64,000 nt of DNA, from contig CAVSYH010000023.1 in assembly GCA_963732065.1 (NCBI GenBank), positions 1,851 to 65,850 on the forward strand. The letters are read 5' to 3'. The position numbers were made by a program, and so were the translations under genes. This DNA comes from an uncultured Gemmatimonadaceae bacterium (GTDB lineage Bacteria > Gemmatimonadota > Gemmatimonadetes > Gemmatimonadales > Gemmatimonadaceae). Below the pieces are notes generated by a model that was not told where the DNA came from, did not search any database, and worked only from the letters and a program-made list of their open reading frames with translations. Every line of letters begins with the position of its first letter. The first letter of the stretch is position 1. Below, piece by piece: positions 48,082-60,475 of this stretch.

Positions 48082-49281
48082 CTACTTGAGGAAGCCCAAC
48101 GCCGCCTCGCGGATCCTTTGGAACGCGAGCGGCTTGGGCCCGCCGGCCACCTCGCTCGCGGTGTTGAACGCCGCGACAACGCCGGTGCCCGTCATGGGAT
48201 CGAAGTAGAGGAACGCCAGGAACCCAGCCTGGCTCCCCGTGTGCCCGATGATCGTGCGGCCGCCGCGATGCAGGATGAAGAACGACATCCCCATTGACTC
48301 CTGCTGCTCGGTCGAATCCGCCGACGTCGGGAACCTCGGCTGCCACATCTCGGCGAGGCTCTTCCGTGAGAGGACCACGTCGTAGAGCCGCTGCGTCGTG
48401 CTGTCGCCGCGCGTGGCGTTCGTGAAGTACGCGATGTACGTCGCGAGATCCGCGAGCGGCGCGTTCCAGCCGCCGTTCGGGATCGTGATGCCGGGATCGA
48501 AGTCCGCGCCGTTGTCCCGTACGATCGTACGCCCCGCGGAATCGCGGATCACGGAGTAGTTGTGTGACCGGTCGGCGGCCAGATAATACGGCGTGGTGCC
48601 GAACGAACTCCGCGTGAGCGCGAGCGGCGACAGGATGTTCTTCTGCACGTAGGTCTCCCACGGATCGCCTGAGAGCTGCTCGATGATGCGCGCGAGGTAG
48701 ATGAACCCCGGATTCGAATAGCTGAACTGCGATCCCGGTTTGAACAGGAGTTGCTGGTACGGCATCATCGCGACGAGCTGGTTCCATGTCGTCGGTTCGA
48801 ACGGCTCCCACGGCTGGTCGCTGCCGTATGGCCACGTGGGATTCTGGAATCCCGCGGAATGCGACATGAGCATCCGGATCGTGACGCTGTCCATCGAACC
48901 GTACGCGTCGTGCACGAGACGCAGTTCGGGCAGATAGCTCGTGACGCGGTCGTCGAGCGTGAGCTTGCCGCGGTCGCGCAGCTGCATGATCGAGATCGCG
49001 GTGAGCGTCTTGGTGATCGAGCCGTAGTGGAAGAGTGTGCGCTCCGTCACCGGCCCTTTGGTCGCGCGATCGGCCCAGCCGTTCTCATGGTGCGCGATGA
49101 TCGCGCCGTTCTTCACGAGCAGGATCGCGGATCCGATGATGCTGTCGTGATCGACGGCATCGTCGAACATGCGGGTGAAAGCGCTCCAGCCGGCCGGCGC
49201 CGAGGGGTGCTGCGCTCCGGCCGGCGCGACGGCCAACATGGTCGCGAGCACGATCGGCATCGCACGGAGAGTGCGTATCAT
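48082..49281 (-). CDS. Serine hydrolase, beta-lactamase / PBP4*-like family (class C fold)
   Basis: Intact 399 aa with a signal peptide, SxxK as GSITKTL, and YxN as FSYSNPGF. Confidence 0.8.
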   Translation of the reverse strand: MIRTLRAMPIVLATMLAVAPAGAQHPSAPAGWSAFTRMFDDAVDHDSIIGSAILLVKNGAIIAHHENGWADRATKGPVTERTLFHYGSITKTLTAISIMQLRDRGKLTLDDRVTSYLPELRLVHDAYGSMDSVTIRMLMSHSAGFQNPTWPYGSDQPWEPFEPTTWNQLVAMMPYQQLLFKPGSQFSYSNPGFIYLARIIEQLSGDPWETYVQKNILSPLALTRSSFGTTPYYLAADRSHNYSVIRDSAGRTIVRDNGADFDPGITIPNGGWNAPLADLATYIAYFTNATRGDSTTQRLYDVVLSRKSLAEMWQPRFPTSADSTEQQESMGMSFFILHRGGRTIIGHTGSQAGFLAFLYFDPMTGTGVVAAFNTASEVAGGPKPLAFQRIREAALGFLK

Positions 49282-49445
49282 GCCCGATTCTACGGAGGCG
49301 GCGATGCCTCCGCCAGCCGGCGACTGTCGCCATGCGTGCGTGGGGGCGCTCCCTTGGTGCCTGGGCGCCTTCTGGAGGGATAAACGACGACCCCCCGGCA
49401 GATCACCGGGGGGTCGTCACCATCAGAACACAACGGACTCTCCGT

Positions 49446-49477
49446 CCTTGCTCCCGGCATGGTGCCCGGGAGCAAGG
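49446..49477 (-). terminator. Hairpin 10 nt downstream of the Fn3-repeat gene (a second hairpin lies at 49386-49418)
   Basis: CCTTGCTCCCGG-CATGGTG-CCCGGGAGCAAGG. The second hairpin is GACGACCCCCCGG-CAGATCA-CCGGGGGGTCGTC. Confidence 0.45.
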
Positions 49478-49486
49478 CATTCGGAA

Positions 49487-51544
49487 CTACGGAGTGGGCG
49501 TCGCCATCACCTGCGGAGACGCTGCCGACTCACCGCTCGCGTTCACTGCCGTGACGATGTAGTAGTACGTCGTTCCGGAGGTCAGGCCAGTCTGCACGTA
49601 GGGGTTCGCCGCACCGGTGATCTTGGTGCCGGTCCCCGTCGTCACGCCTGTGGTCGTCGACCAGTAGATGTTGTACGAGGTCGCGCCGAGTTCGGGCGTC
49701 CAACCCACGGTCACCTGCTTGCTGCCTGCCGTCGCCGTCACAGGACCCGGCGCCGTCAGCGGCGTGGCACTCACCTCTACGGACGCCGGTGAGGAAACGC
49801 CGTTATGGCTGGTCGAGGGCGATACGATAGTATCGACCACGATGTAGTAGTACGTCGTGCCGTTGGTCAGGCCCGTGTGGGCCTCCGGGCTCACCACGCC
49901 CTTGATCTCCGTGCCAGTCGCGACCGTCACACCCGGGCTAGTCGACCAGTACAGGTTATACCCAGCCGCGCCGGCAACCGCCGGCCACGTGAGCGTGTTG
50001 TGCGTGTCACCGAGCACCGCGGTAACCACCGGAGCAGCCAGTGCCGCCGCCGGTGTCGCGGTCACCTGCGATGATGCCGGCCCTTCACCCGCGCTGTTCA
50101 CCGCCGTCACGATGTAGAAGTACGCCGTGCCGTTGGTGAGCGGGCTGTGTGCGAACGGATTGGTGACGCCGGAGATCTTGGTGCCAGTACCCGTCGTCAC
50201 ACCGGTCGTGGTGGACCAGTAAATGTTGTACGACGTTGCGTTCGCCACGGCGGTCCAAGCGACCGTGTCCGACGCCGAGCCGGGCATTGCCGTCACGCCA
50301 CCGGGCGCAGCGGGGAGCGCGTTCGGGGTCACACTCACCGCCGGAGACGAAGCCGGCGATTCAACACCCAGCGCCGTCGCCGTCACGATGAAGAAGTACG
50401 GGGTACCGGTGGTCAAGCCGGTGACCGTTGACGGACTCGTGACGCCGCCGACCTTCGTGCCGGTCGACACCGAAACGTTCTGGCTCGTGCTGTAGTAGAT
50501 GTTGTACCCGGTCGCGCCACTGACGGCCGGCCAGGTGATCGTCACCGAAGTGGCCGACGTGATCGCGCCCGTGACACCGGACGGAGCGGCCGGCGGAGCT
50601 TGCGGCGTCGCACTGAGTTCGTTGGAGATCGCGCCTTCGACGCCGCCCTTCACAGCCGTCACGACATAGTAGTACGTCGTGCCGTTCGTCAGGCCGACAC
50701 TGTCGGTGAACGGACTGGTGTGACTCGCAAGCTTCGTTCCCGTCAGCGTCGTAACGCCGGGGGCCGTGCCGCGGTAAACGTTATACGTCGATGCGCCCGC
50801 CACGCTCGTCCACTTCAGGGTGTCCTTCGCGTTGCCCGCGTGGACGCTGCTCAGCGTCGGCGGCGCGAGCGGCGCCTGCGGCGTCGCACTGACTTCGGCC
50901 GACGGATCCGACTCGCCGTTCGCATTCACGCCGGTCACCACGTAGTAGTACGTCGTGCCGTTGGTAAGGAGCGCGTGAACGTAACTCGAAGTCGGATTGC
51001 TGATCTTGAATGCGTACGTCGTGGCGTCGGTGACGTCGATGCCAGGCGTGTTCGACCAGTACAGATTGTAGCTGGTCGTGCCCGGATCCACGTTCCAGCG
51101 AATGGTGTCCGACGCGTTACCCGGCACGGCCTTCACGCCGAGCGGCATCGCCGGCTTCTCCGTGGTCGCGGGGGTCGCGGACACTTCCGCCGAGGGAGCC
51201 GATTCGCCGTTGACGTTCGTCGCCGTCACGACGTAGTAGTATGTGGTGCCGTTGGTCAGTCCCGTCTGGACGAACGGATTATCCGCGGCCGTGACCTTCG
51301 TCCCGGTCTGCGGCGTGACGCCCGCGGTCGTCGACCAATACACATTGTTGGTCACCGCTCCGGCGTTGAAATCCCACGAGACGGTCACCTGGCCCCACAG
51401 CGCCGAGGCGGTGACACCTGTGGGCGCCGGCGGCAGGTTCGGCGGCGCCGTCCCCGTGTCGCTGTTCTTCGAGCAACTCGAGAAGATAGTCAAGGCCGCC
51501 ACGGCGGCGACAAGACCCCTGCTCATAACAAACCTGTTTCTCAT
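49487..51544 (-). CDS. Lipoprotein with seven tandem fibronectin type III-like repeats
   Basis: Intact 685 aa. Lipobox LTIFSSC. Seven roughly 90-aa repeats with consensus W..V.GATSYN(I/V)YWSTT.GVT...GTK...V.NP...TGLTNGTTYYY(I/V)VTAVN..GES..S..V.ATP. Confidence 0.7.
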   Translation of the reverse strand: MRNRFVMSRGLVAAVAALTIFSSCSKNSDTGTAPPNLPPAPTGVTASALWGQVTVSWDFNAGAVTNNVYWSTTAGVTPQTGTKVTAADNPFVQTGLTNGTTYYYVVTATNVNGESAPSAEVSATPATTEKPAMPLGVKAVPGNASDTIRWNVDPGTTSYNLYWSNTPGIDVTDATTYAFKISNPTSSYVHALLTNGTTYYYVVTGVNANGESDPSAEVSATPQAPLAPPTLSSVHAGNAKDTLKWTSVAGASTYNVYRGTAPGVTTLTGTKLASHTSPFTDSVGLTNGTTYYYVVTAVKGGVEGAISNELSATPQAPPAAPSGVTGAITSATSVTITWPAVSGATGYNIYYSTSQNVSVSTGTKVGGVTSPSTVTGLTTGTPYFFIVTATALGVESPASSPAVSVTPNALPAAPGGVTAMPGSASDTVAWTAVANATSYNIYWSTTTGVTTGTGTKISGVTNPFAHSPLTNGTAYFYIVTAVNSAGEGPASSQVTATPAAALAAPVVTAVLGDTHNTLTWPAVAGAAGYNLYWSTSPGVTVATGTEIKGVVSPEAHTGLTNGTTYYYIVVDTIVSPSTSHNGVSSPASVEVSATPLTAPGPVTATAGSKQVTVGWTPELGATSYNIYWSTTTGVTTGTGTKITGAANPYVQTGLTSGTTYYYIVTAVNASGESAASPQVMATPTP

Positions 51545-52034
51545 GTCAAGCTCCTCTTGGCGGTTGAAGCTACCGTGCCTGGGCCCACGCGGGCATTCTT
51601 ACCGCGAACTGGTACACATACAATAACACTGCCACTTGCCGCCCGTTAGGGGGCGTTGGCCCCCACGCTAGGCCCTCCACACCCGAATGTCAAGACGGGG
51701 TCACAAACATACTTAGCCGAGGAATTAGTTTTGGTTAACGGGGCGTCTTCGGTTCATTCCTGAGCGCACATTGAGACAACGATGGAGCTAACTCGAAGGT
51801 ACCGGGTATGCAGCGTCCGGATCGCTCGAGTCACTCAGCGAAGCACGAGTTTGTTGCAGCGATGCGCCGTGCGCAAGTACCCGCGCCCGCCTTCTCCGCG
51901 CCGGCATCACGGAGAATCCATCCTTCACGTTGATCGGCGTGAACGCTATCTTGAACTCACGGCACACGCCGTTCTGACATTGCGTCAGCGTCGTGGCGTA
52001 CGTGCAGCACCGTTCCCCTCGCTGCTGCATTGCG

Positions 52035-52107
<73 letters not shown>

Positions 52108-52123
52108 CTGTTCCACGCGCAAG

Positions 52124-53270
52124 GTGCCCATGATGTACTCCACCTGTCTCTTCTGTCATACCGACCTCGGCGCGAATGATGACGTCGAGGCCTGCCCGGT
52201 CGGCCGCCGCTTGGCGTTCGATCCGGCCCGTGGACGCCTCTGGGTGGTGTGCACCTTCTGCGGACGCTGGAACCTCACGCCGCTCGAGGAACGCTGGGAA
52301 GCGGTGGAGCGCTGCGAACAACTCTACCGCGACACCTGGCAGCGCTACTCCGTGGAGAACATTGGGCTTGCGAAAACGCGCTCGCGTCTCGAACTCATCC
52401 GCATCGGGCCGGCGCTCTTCCCCGAGATCGCCTCCTGGCGCTACGGCGCGCGCCTGCAGCGCCGCTTGCACGAAGATGATCCGCGCGGCATGTGGCGCCG
52501 CAGCGCGCGCTATCTCGCGCGCCGCGCGGCAGCGGGGGTCGCGCGCGTTTCCTCCCTGGTCGGTCTCAGCGATGAGACCGTGCTCCATCCTCAGCACCTT
52601 CCGCCGCGGCGCTTCGGTGCTCGCGCGCAGCGAAGACGAGAACCACCGCCGCGTGGTGATCCGCTACGCGCATCTCTCCCAGGCGGAGCTCATCCGCCCG
52701 GCGCGCGGCGAGCCGTGGCGCATTCGCGTCGCGCACGACGAGGGAGTCTCCACGCTCGCCGAGCAGGCCGCGATCCTCGCCACCGGCCGTCTGCTCGCGG
52801 TGCTCAACTTCGCCGCGGCGAGCAAGTCCGAGGTGCGCTGGGCGCTCGCCAAGCTCGGCGACGCGAGCGATCCCACCGGCTTCTTCGGACGCATTGGGAA
52901 TCTCGCGATGCGCACGTCATGGGGCCGTCACCCCGAGGCGGCTCCGGACCCGGCCGCCGCGCCCGTTGCACACTCGGAGGCCGAGCGGCTCGCGCTGCCG
53001 CTCGCCACACGTTCGTTCTGGGGACACGGCGGGATCGGCAGCGAGAGCCGCACGCCGCTCTACCGCCTCCCGCCCGAGGACCGCCTCGCGATGGAGATGG
53101 CGTCGAACGAGGACGTAGAGCGCCGCGCGCTCGATGGCGAGCTCACGGAGTTGCGCGAAGCATGGAAGGAGGCCGAGGAGATCGCCGCTATCGCCGACAA
53201 CCTGCTCGTCGGCGACGCGCTGGACGAATTCAAGCGCCAGTATTACCTGCGCCTCGAAGCTGGCACCTAG
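52124..53270 (+). CDS. Hypothetical protein with an N-terminal CxxC...CxxC zinc ribbon (one frame switch near 52600)
   Basis: MPMMYSTCLFCHTDLG...VVCTFCGRWNLTPLEERWEAVERCE. The C-terminal two-thirds is in ORF 52176..53270 and ends in the acidic helix ELTELREAWKEAEEIAAIADNLL. No family recognised. Confidence 0.4.
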
Positions 53271-53289
53271 GCGCGACCGCGACCGCGCC

Positions 53290-53613
53290 TCATTCCCCGG
53301 GCTGATTGTACCACATCGCCTGGATGCTCGGCTCACAGCGCAGCCCATTGAGCGCGGCGTCTGGTTGCGGCGCGGGGATCGTCGCAAAATGACCTGCGGG
53401 ATTCTCGCTCACCGCCGTGAAGTCGTAGCGCGCTTCGAGCGTATCCGTGATCGCGGCGACGTCCACGTTCGAGTGGTAGAGCAGGACCAGCGTCGGGGTC
53501 TGCGCATGAAACTTCCCGCCGATCGGCACGCACTCCGCCGCGGTCGAAGAGCTGCAGGACGCGAGCGCCGGCAGCATCAGCGCGGCGAATACCACTGACA
53601 ATCGTTGGCGCAT
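53290..53613 (-). CDS. Hypothetical small lipoprotein (107 aa)
   Basis: MRQRLSVVFAALMLPALASC lipobox. No family recognised. Confidence 0.45.
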   Translation of the reverse strand: MRQRLSVVFAALMLPALASCSSSTAAECVPIGGKFHAQTPTLVLLYHSNVDVAAITDTLEARYDFTAVSENPAGHFATIPAPQPDAALNGLRCEPSIQAMWYNQPGE

Positions 53614-53783
53614 ACACCGCCTCCTTGGTGATGTAATCCCCCTGTACTCCGTACCCGGGCCCGCACGAGCCGTTCCGGCGAGATCCGCCCTGAACCGGCG
53701 GCCGACATCGATTATCTTTATCGCCGCAATACTGCGGTCCGCGTCGCGGATCCGCTAATTCCCTTAGCAACTACTCGATACCA

Positions 53784-54901
53784 ATGCGTTCTTCGCTCGC
53801 TCTCATCCTCGCACTCGCCGCCTCTCCGCTCGCCGCGCAGTCGTCGCCGAACACCCCCACCACGGTCAAGATCACCGTCGATTCCGTCCGCCACAACGTC
53901 GTGATCGTCGCCGGCCCCTTCGACCTCGTCGGTCACGGCAACATGCCGGGCATGGGCAGCGGGGTAATGCACCACACTTCGGAGAGCAAGATGATGCGTT
54001 TCGCGTGGCCTGTCGCGGGCGCGCTCAACGGCGTCAACGTCACGCTCACCGATCCGCACGGCGCACCGGTGCCGGGCAATGTGATCCATCATCTCGTGAT
54101 GTACAACTTCGACCGGCGCCAGCTGATCCACGAGTCCGATCGAGCGCCTGTTCGCGTGGGGACAGGACACGCAGGAGATCACGCTCCCGGCCGGCGTCGG
54201 CGTGCCGCTCCCGCTCGGCGACCACCTCGGCTTCCTCATCGCGTGGCACAATGACACCGGCCACGACATCAAGGGCGCGACGGTCACCATCACGATGCCC
54301 TACGAAGTGCCGAAGGACATGAAGGTCGCCGTGTACCCGTGGTACCTGGACGTGAGCAACGTGAATGGCGGCGACAACTCGTATGACCTGCCCGCGGGCA
54401 AGTCCACGAAGACGTTCGATTTCACGATCCCGGTGGACGGCCGCATGATCGCAGTCGGCGGTCACATGCATCCGTACGGGAAATCGGTCTCGCTGGTGGA
54501 TGTCGCGAGCGGCAAGGTGATGATCAAGCTCGAACGCCACCAAGAGCAAGGACGGTCTGGTGCGCGGCGTGGAGCGGTTCGTGTACGGATTCCACGAGGA
54601 CGCGCTGCCGCTGCAGGCGAACCACCCGTACCGCCTCGTGGCGTCGTACGACAATCCCACGGGCAAGCCGATCGCGAAGGGCGGCATGGCGCAGCTCAAC
54701 GGCATCTTCGAGCCATCCGATTTCTCGCTCTGGCCCAAGCTCGATCTGAACGATCCCGAGACGAAGAAGGACATCGCGTCGCTGCCGCCCGATCTCGGTG
54801 CGCCGGCGGACGAACGCGCGGGAATGGACATGGATCCGAACATGAAGATGGACATGCCCATGGCGCCGAAGGCCGACACGGCGAAGAAGCCGCCGCGGTA
54901 A
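53784..54901 (+). CDS. Secreted PHM/DBH-like (copper type II monooxygenase-like) protein with a Met-rich C-terminal tail (2 frame switches)
   Basis: Signal MRSSLALILALAASPLAAQ. By-eye matches to the PHM core: VIHHLVMYNF, LFAWGQDTQEITLPAGVGVPL, FLIAWHND, AVGGHMHPYGKSV and GGMAQLNG. Tail MDMDPNMKMDMPM. Confidence 0.5.
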
Positions 54902-54946
54902 GGCGTCCTCGCGGGCGCTGCTTCCCGCGCGGTAGATTCCGCCTCG

Positions 54947-58096
<3,150 letters not shown>

Positions 58097-58178
58097 CCGA
58101 ACTTCTCAGGCGCGCGGTGTAGAAAAGCATTATATTTGGGATTGGCCGGCGAGTGCCGGATTCTGTACGGTCTGGGGC

Positions 58179-58246
58179 TGCATCGCGCATCGTGCCGCGT
58201 GCGTCCCGACCGCTGGTTGCAATGCCCGATGCACGAGGCACGATGA
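58179..58246. repeat. Family-B palindrome upstream of a lipoprotein gene
   Basis: CTGCATCGCGCATCGTGCC ... GCCCGATGCACGAGGCACGATG. CATCGTGCC is present on both arms (58188-96 and, inverted, 58237-45). Confidence 0.5.
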
Positions 58247-58277
58247 ACATTGAGATCCCCCGAAGATAGGAGCTACC

Positions 58278-59184
58278 ATGCGACGCATATCCGCAATTCT
58301 GTTGGTCGTGGGCCTCATGGCCTGCGAGAAGATCGGCTCCGGCGGCGGCACCAGCGCCTCGAAGCCCGACTCGATCACCGTGCTGAACACGAAGCTCGCG
58401 CAGGCGAAGGCCGTGGCCGCGCAGCAGGACTCGCTGCTGCAGGGCTTCCAGCAGACGACGCAGCTCCTCGCCGACATCGACAAGGAGCTCTCGAGCGTGA
58501 AGGGGCTCAAGAGCCATGTCCCGGTGGACACCAAGGGGGAGAACCCGAACGACCCGCAGGCCGCGTATCGCGCGAGCATCGCAGGGCAAGGTCGCCGAAG
58601 TGACCGCGCTGCTGAAGCAGAGCCGCGCGCGCGTCGCGGCGCTGAACGAGAAGAACATCGGCGCTCTCCGGCAAGGTCGCGACCTACGAGGCGAGCATCG
58701 CGAGCCTCGAGCAGATCGTGGAGCAGGACAAGGTCCAGATGGCCGCGCTGAACATCAAGGTGGACAGCCTCACGCTCGCGAACGCGACCGTGACCACCGA
58801 GAAGGTGGCCGTGACCGACACAATGCTGGGCCTGCGCAAGCAGGAGAACACGGTGTTCGTGGTGGTCGGCACGAAGGATGAGCTGATGAAGAAGGGGATC
58901 ATCGCGGAAGAGGGCTCGAAGTTCCTCTTCTTCGGCAGCAAGGCGATGGTGCCGCGCGCGCAAGCTGGACCAGTCGCAGTTCACCGCCGATCAACAAGTG
59001 GGACGATGTGCCGGTGGTGCTGCATATCACGGACAAGCCGTACAAGGTCGTGTCGCGCCAGGATCCGACGCTGATCGAAGCGGGGAAGGATTCGGCCGGC
59101 AAGTTCAACGGCGAGCTCCACATCACGCAGCCGGCCGAGTTCTGGTCGACGAGCAAGTACCTGATCATCGTGGAAGGCGCGTAA
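58278..59184 (+). CDS. Hypothetical coiled-coil lipoprotein (frame broken at least 3 times)
   Basis: MRRISAILLVVGLMAC lipobox, coiled-coil-like segments (LAQAKAVAAQQDSLLQGFQQTTQLL; ASLEQIVEQDKVQMAALNIKVDSL), and C-terminus FWSTSKYLIIVEGA. Confidence 0.45.
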
Positions 59185-59260
59185 CGCCGCGCGTCCCTCG
59201 AAGCAGAACGGCCGGTAGATCCGCTCGGGATAGGCCGGCCGTTTCTTGCTCGCGACCTGA

Positions 59261-59476
59261 CTGGCGATCAAGGTTCAAGGTTTGACCGGATCAACCGGAT
59301 GATTCGGATGGATCGGATACTTCCGTGCGGCGGAGGCGCTCCGCGAACGGTCCGGCGTTGTATTGTTGTTAACAACAATACGCATTCGCCCCGCCTCGTG
59401 GCCTCTCGAACACGCGGAGGTATCCGATCGATCCGAATCATCCGATAGATCCGGCCGATGAACTTTGAGTGCCCGG
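59261..59476. repeat. Family-C MITE-like element (about 216 bp), copy 2
   Basis: Shares the 20-mers GACCGGATCAACCGGATGAT and GGAGGTATCCGATCGATCCG and the central ..GTTAACAACAA.. palindrome (GTATTGTTGTTAACAACAATAC) with copy 1. Its terminal repeats are more degraded. Confidence 0.6.
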
Positions 59477-60475
59477 CAAGCGCGCCGCCGCGCGAGCGCG
59501 CGAGCCAAATGCTAGTCGATGCGCGATGAGAGCTGCGCCGGGAATGGCTGCGAGGGAGTGGGCAGCATCACGCCGCTGCACCGGCGACATGCGCTTCGCG
59601 CGTTTCTCCTCGTACATGAGCCGGTCGGCGCGCGCGAGCAGGTCGTCGAGCTCGCGCGGCGCGTCGGGATCGTAGTACACGATGCCGATGCTCAGCGACA
59701 GCAGATAGCTGCGGTCGGCGCGCGCGTTCCGCGCGCGCAGGTTCTCCTGCAGCCGCGCGGTCCACAACTCGGCGTCGGCGCCCGCGTTCTCCATCGCGAG
59801 CACCACGAACTCATCGCCGCCCATGCGCGCGATGATGTCCGAGTCCCGGAAGGTCTCCTTGAGCAGATCCGTGGTCTCGAGCAGCGCCTGGTCGCCCACG
59901 CTGTGCCCGAGCGTGTCGTTGATCACCTTGAGCCCGTCGAGGTCCACGAAGATGTGCGACACGCGGCGCCGCATGCGGTCGGCCACCTTGAACAGCTGCC
60001 GCGCGAGCGCGAGCAGCCCGCGGCGGTTGTACAGCAGCGTGAGCGGGTCCACGAGCGACATCTCGCGCAGCGCCGCGTGCAGCTGCTGGCGCTCGATCGC
60101 GTACGCGGATCGCGCGCACCAGCAGATGGCCGTCCACCTGTCCCTTCACGAGTGAATCCTGCGCGCCCACCTTGAGCGCGCGCATGGCGAGCGCCTCGTC
60201 GTCCACGCTGCTCATCACGATGATCGGCAGATCGGGCGCTTGCTCGTGCAGCAGCTTGAGCGCGTCCAGGTCATGGCCATCGCTGCAGCGAGAGGTCGAG
60301 CAGCACGGCGTCGAATTTCCGGTCGCTCATGCCGGCTGCAGCGCGTCGCTCACCTGCGTCACGTGCACGAGATCGAATTGCGCGGCGGCGCGGCCGGCGA
60401 CGGCGCCATTCAGGCGCCGGACGTCACGCTCGCTGTCGGCGATCACGAGGACGCGGATCGGCGCCCGCGCTCACA
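59438..60475 (-). CDS. Response-regulator receiver + GGDEF diguanylate cyclase (frame-broken; both ends approximate)
   Basis: IRVLVIADSE, FDAVLLDLSL, PIIVMSSVDDEALAMRALKVGAQD, the linker RYAIERQQLHAALREMSLVDPLTLLYNRRGL, and an intact RMGGDEFVVL. Confidence 0.7.

Noticed and set aside
51788-52030. 80-aa Cys-containing ORF (MQQRGERCCTYATTLTQCQNGVC...) abutting tRNA-Lys on the opposite strand
   Set aside because: There is no RBS. The start lies 4 nt from the tRNA, GC3 decays in the second half, and no homology is recognised. It may be a spurious ORF in the long spacer upstream of the Fn3 gene, and is worth only a low-priority check.
58123-58130. Bacteroidota-type -7 promoter motif TAnnTTTG (TATATTTG here; TAGTTTTG near 51733; AATATTTG near 9178)
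   Set aside because: The motifs sit in AT-rich pockets, but there is no matching -33 TTG at the expected spacing. I also do not know the promoter consensus for this lineage. The evidence is too weak to annotate.
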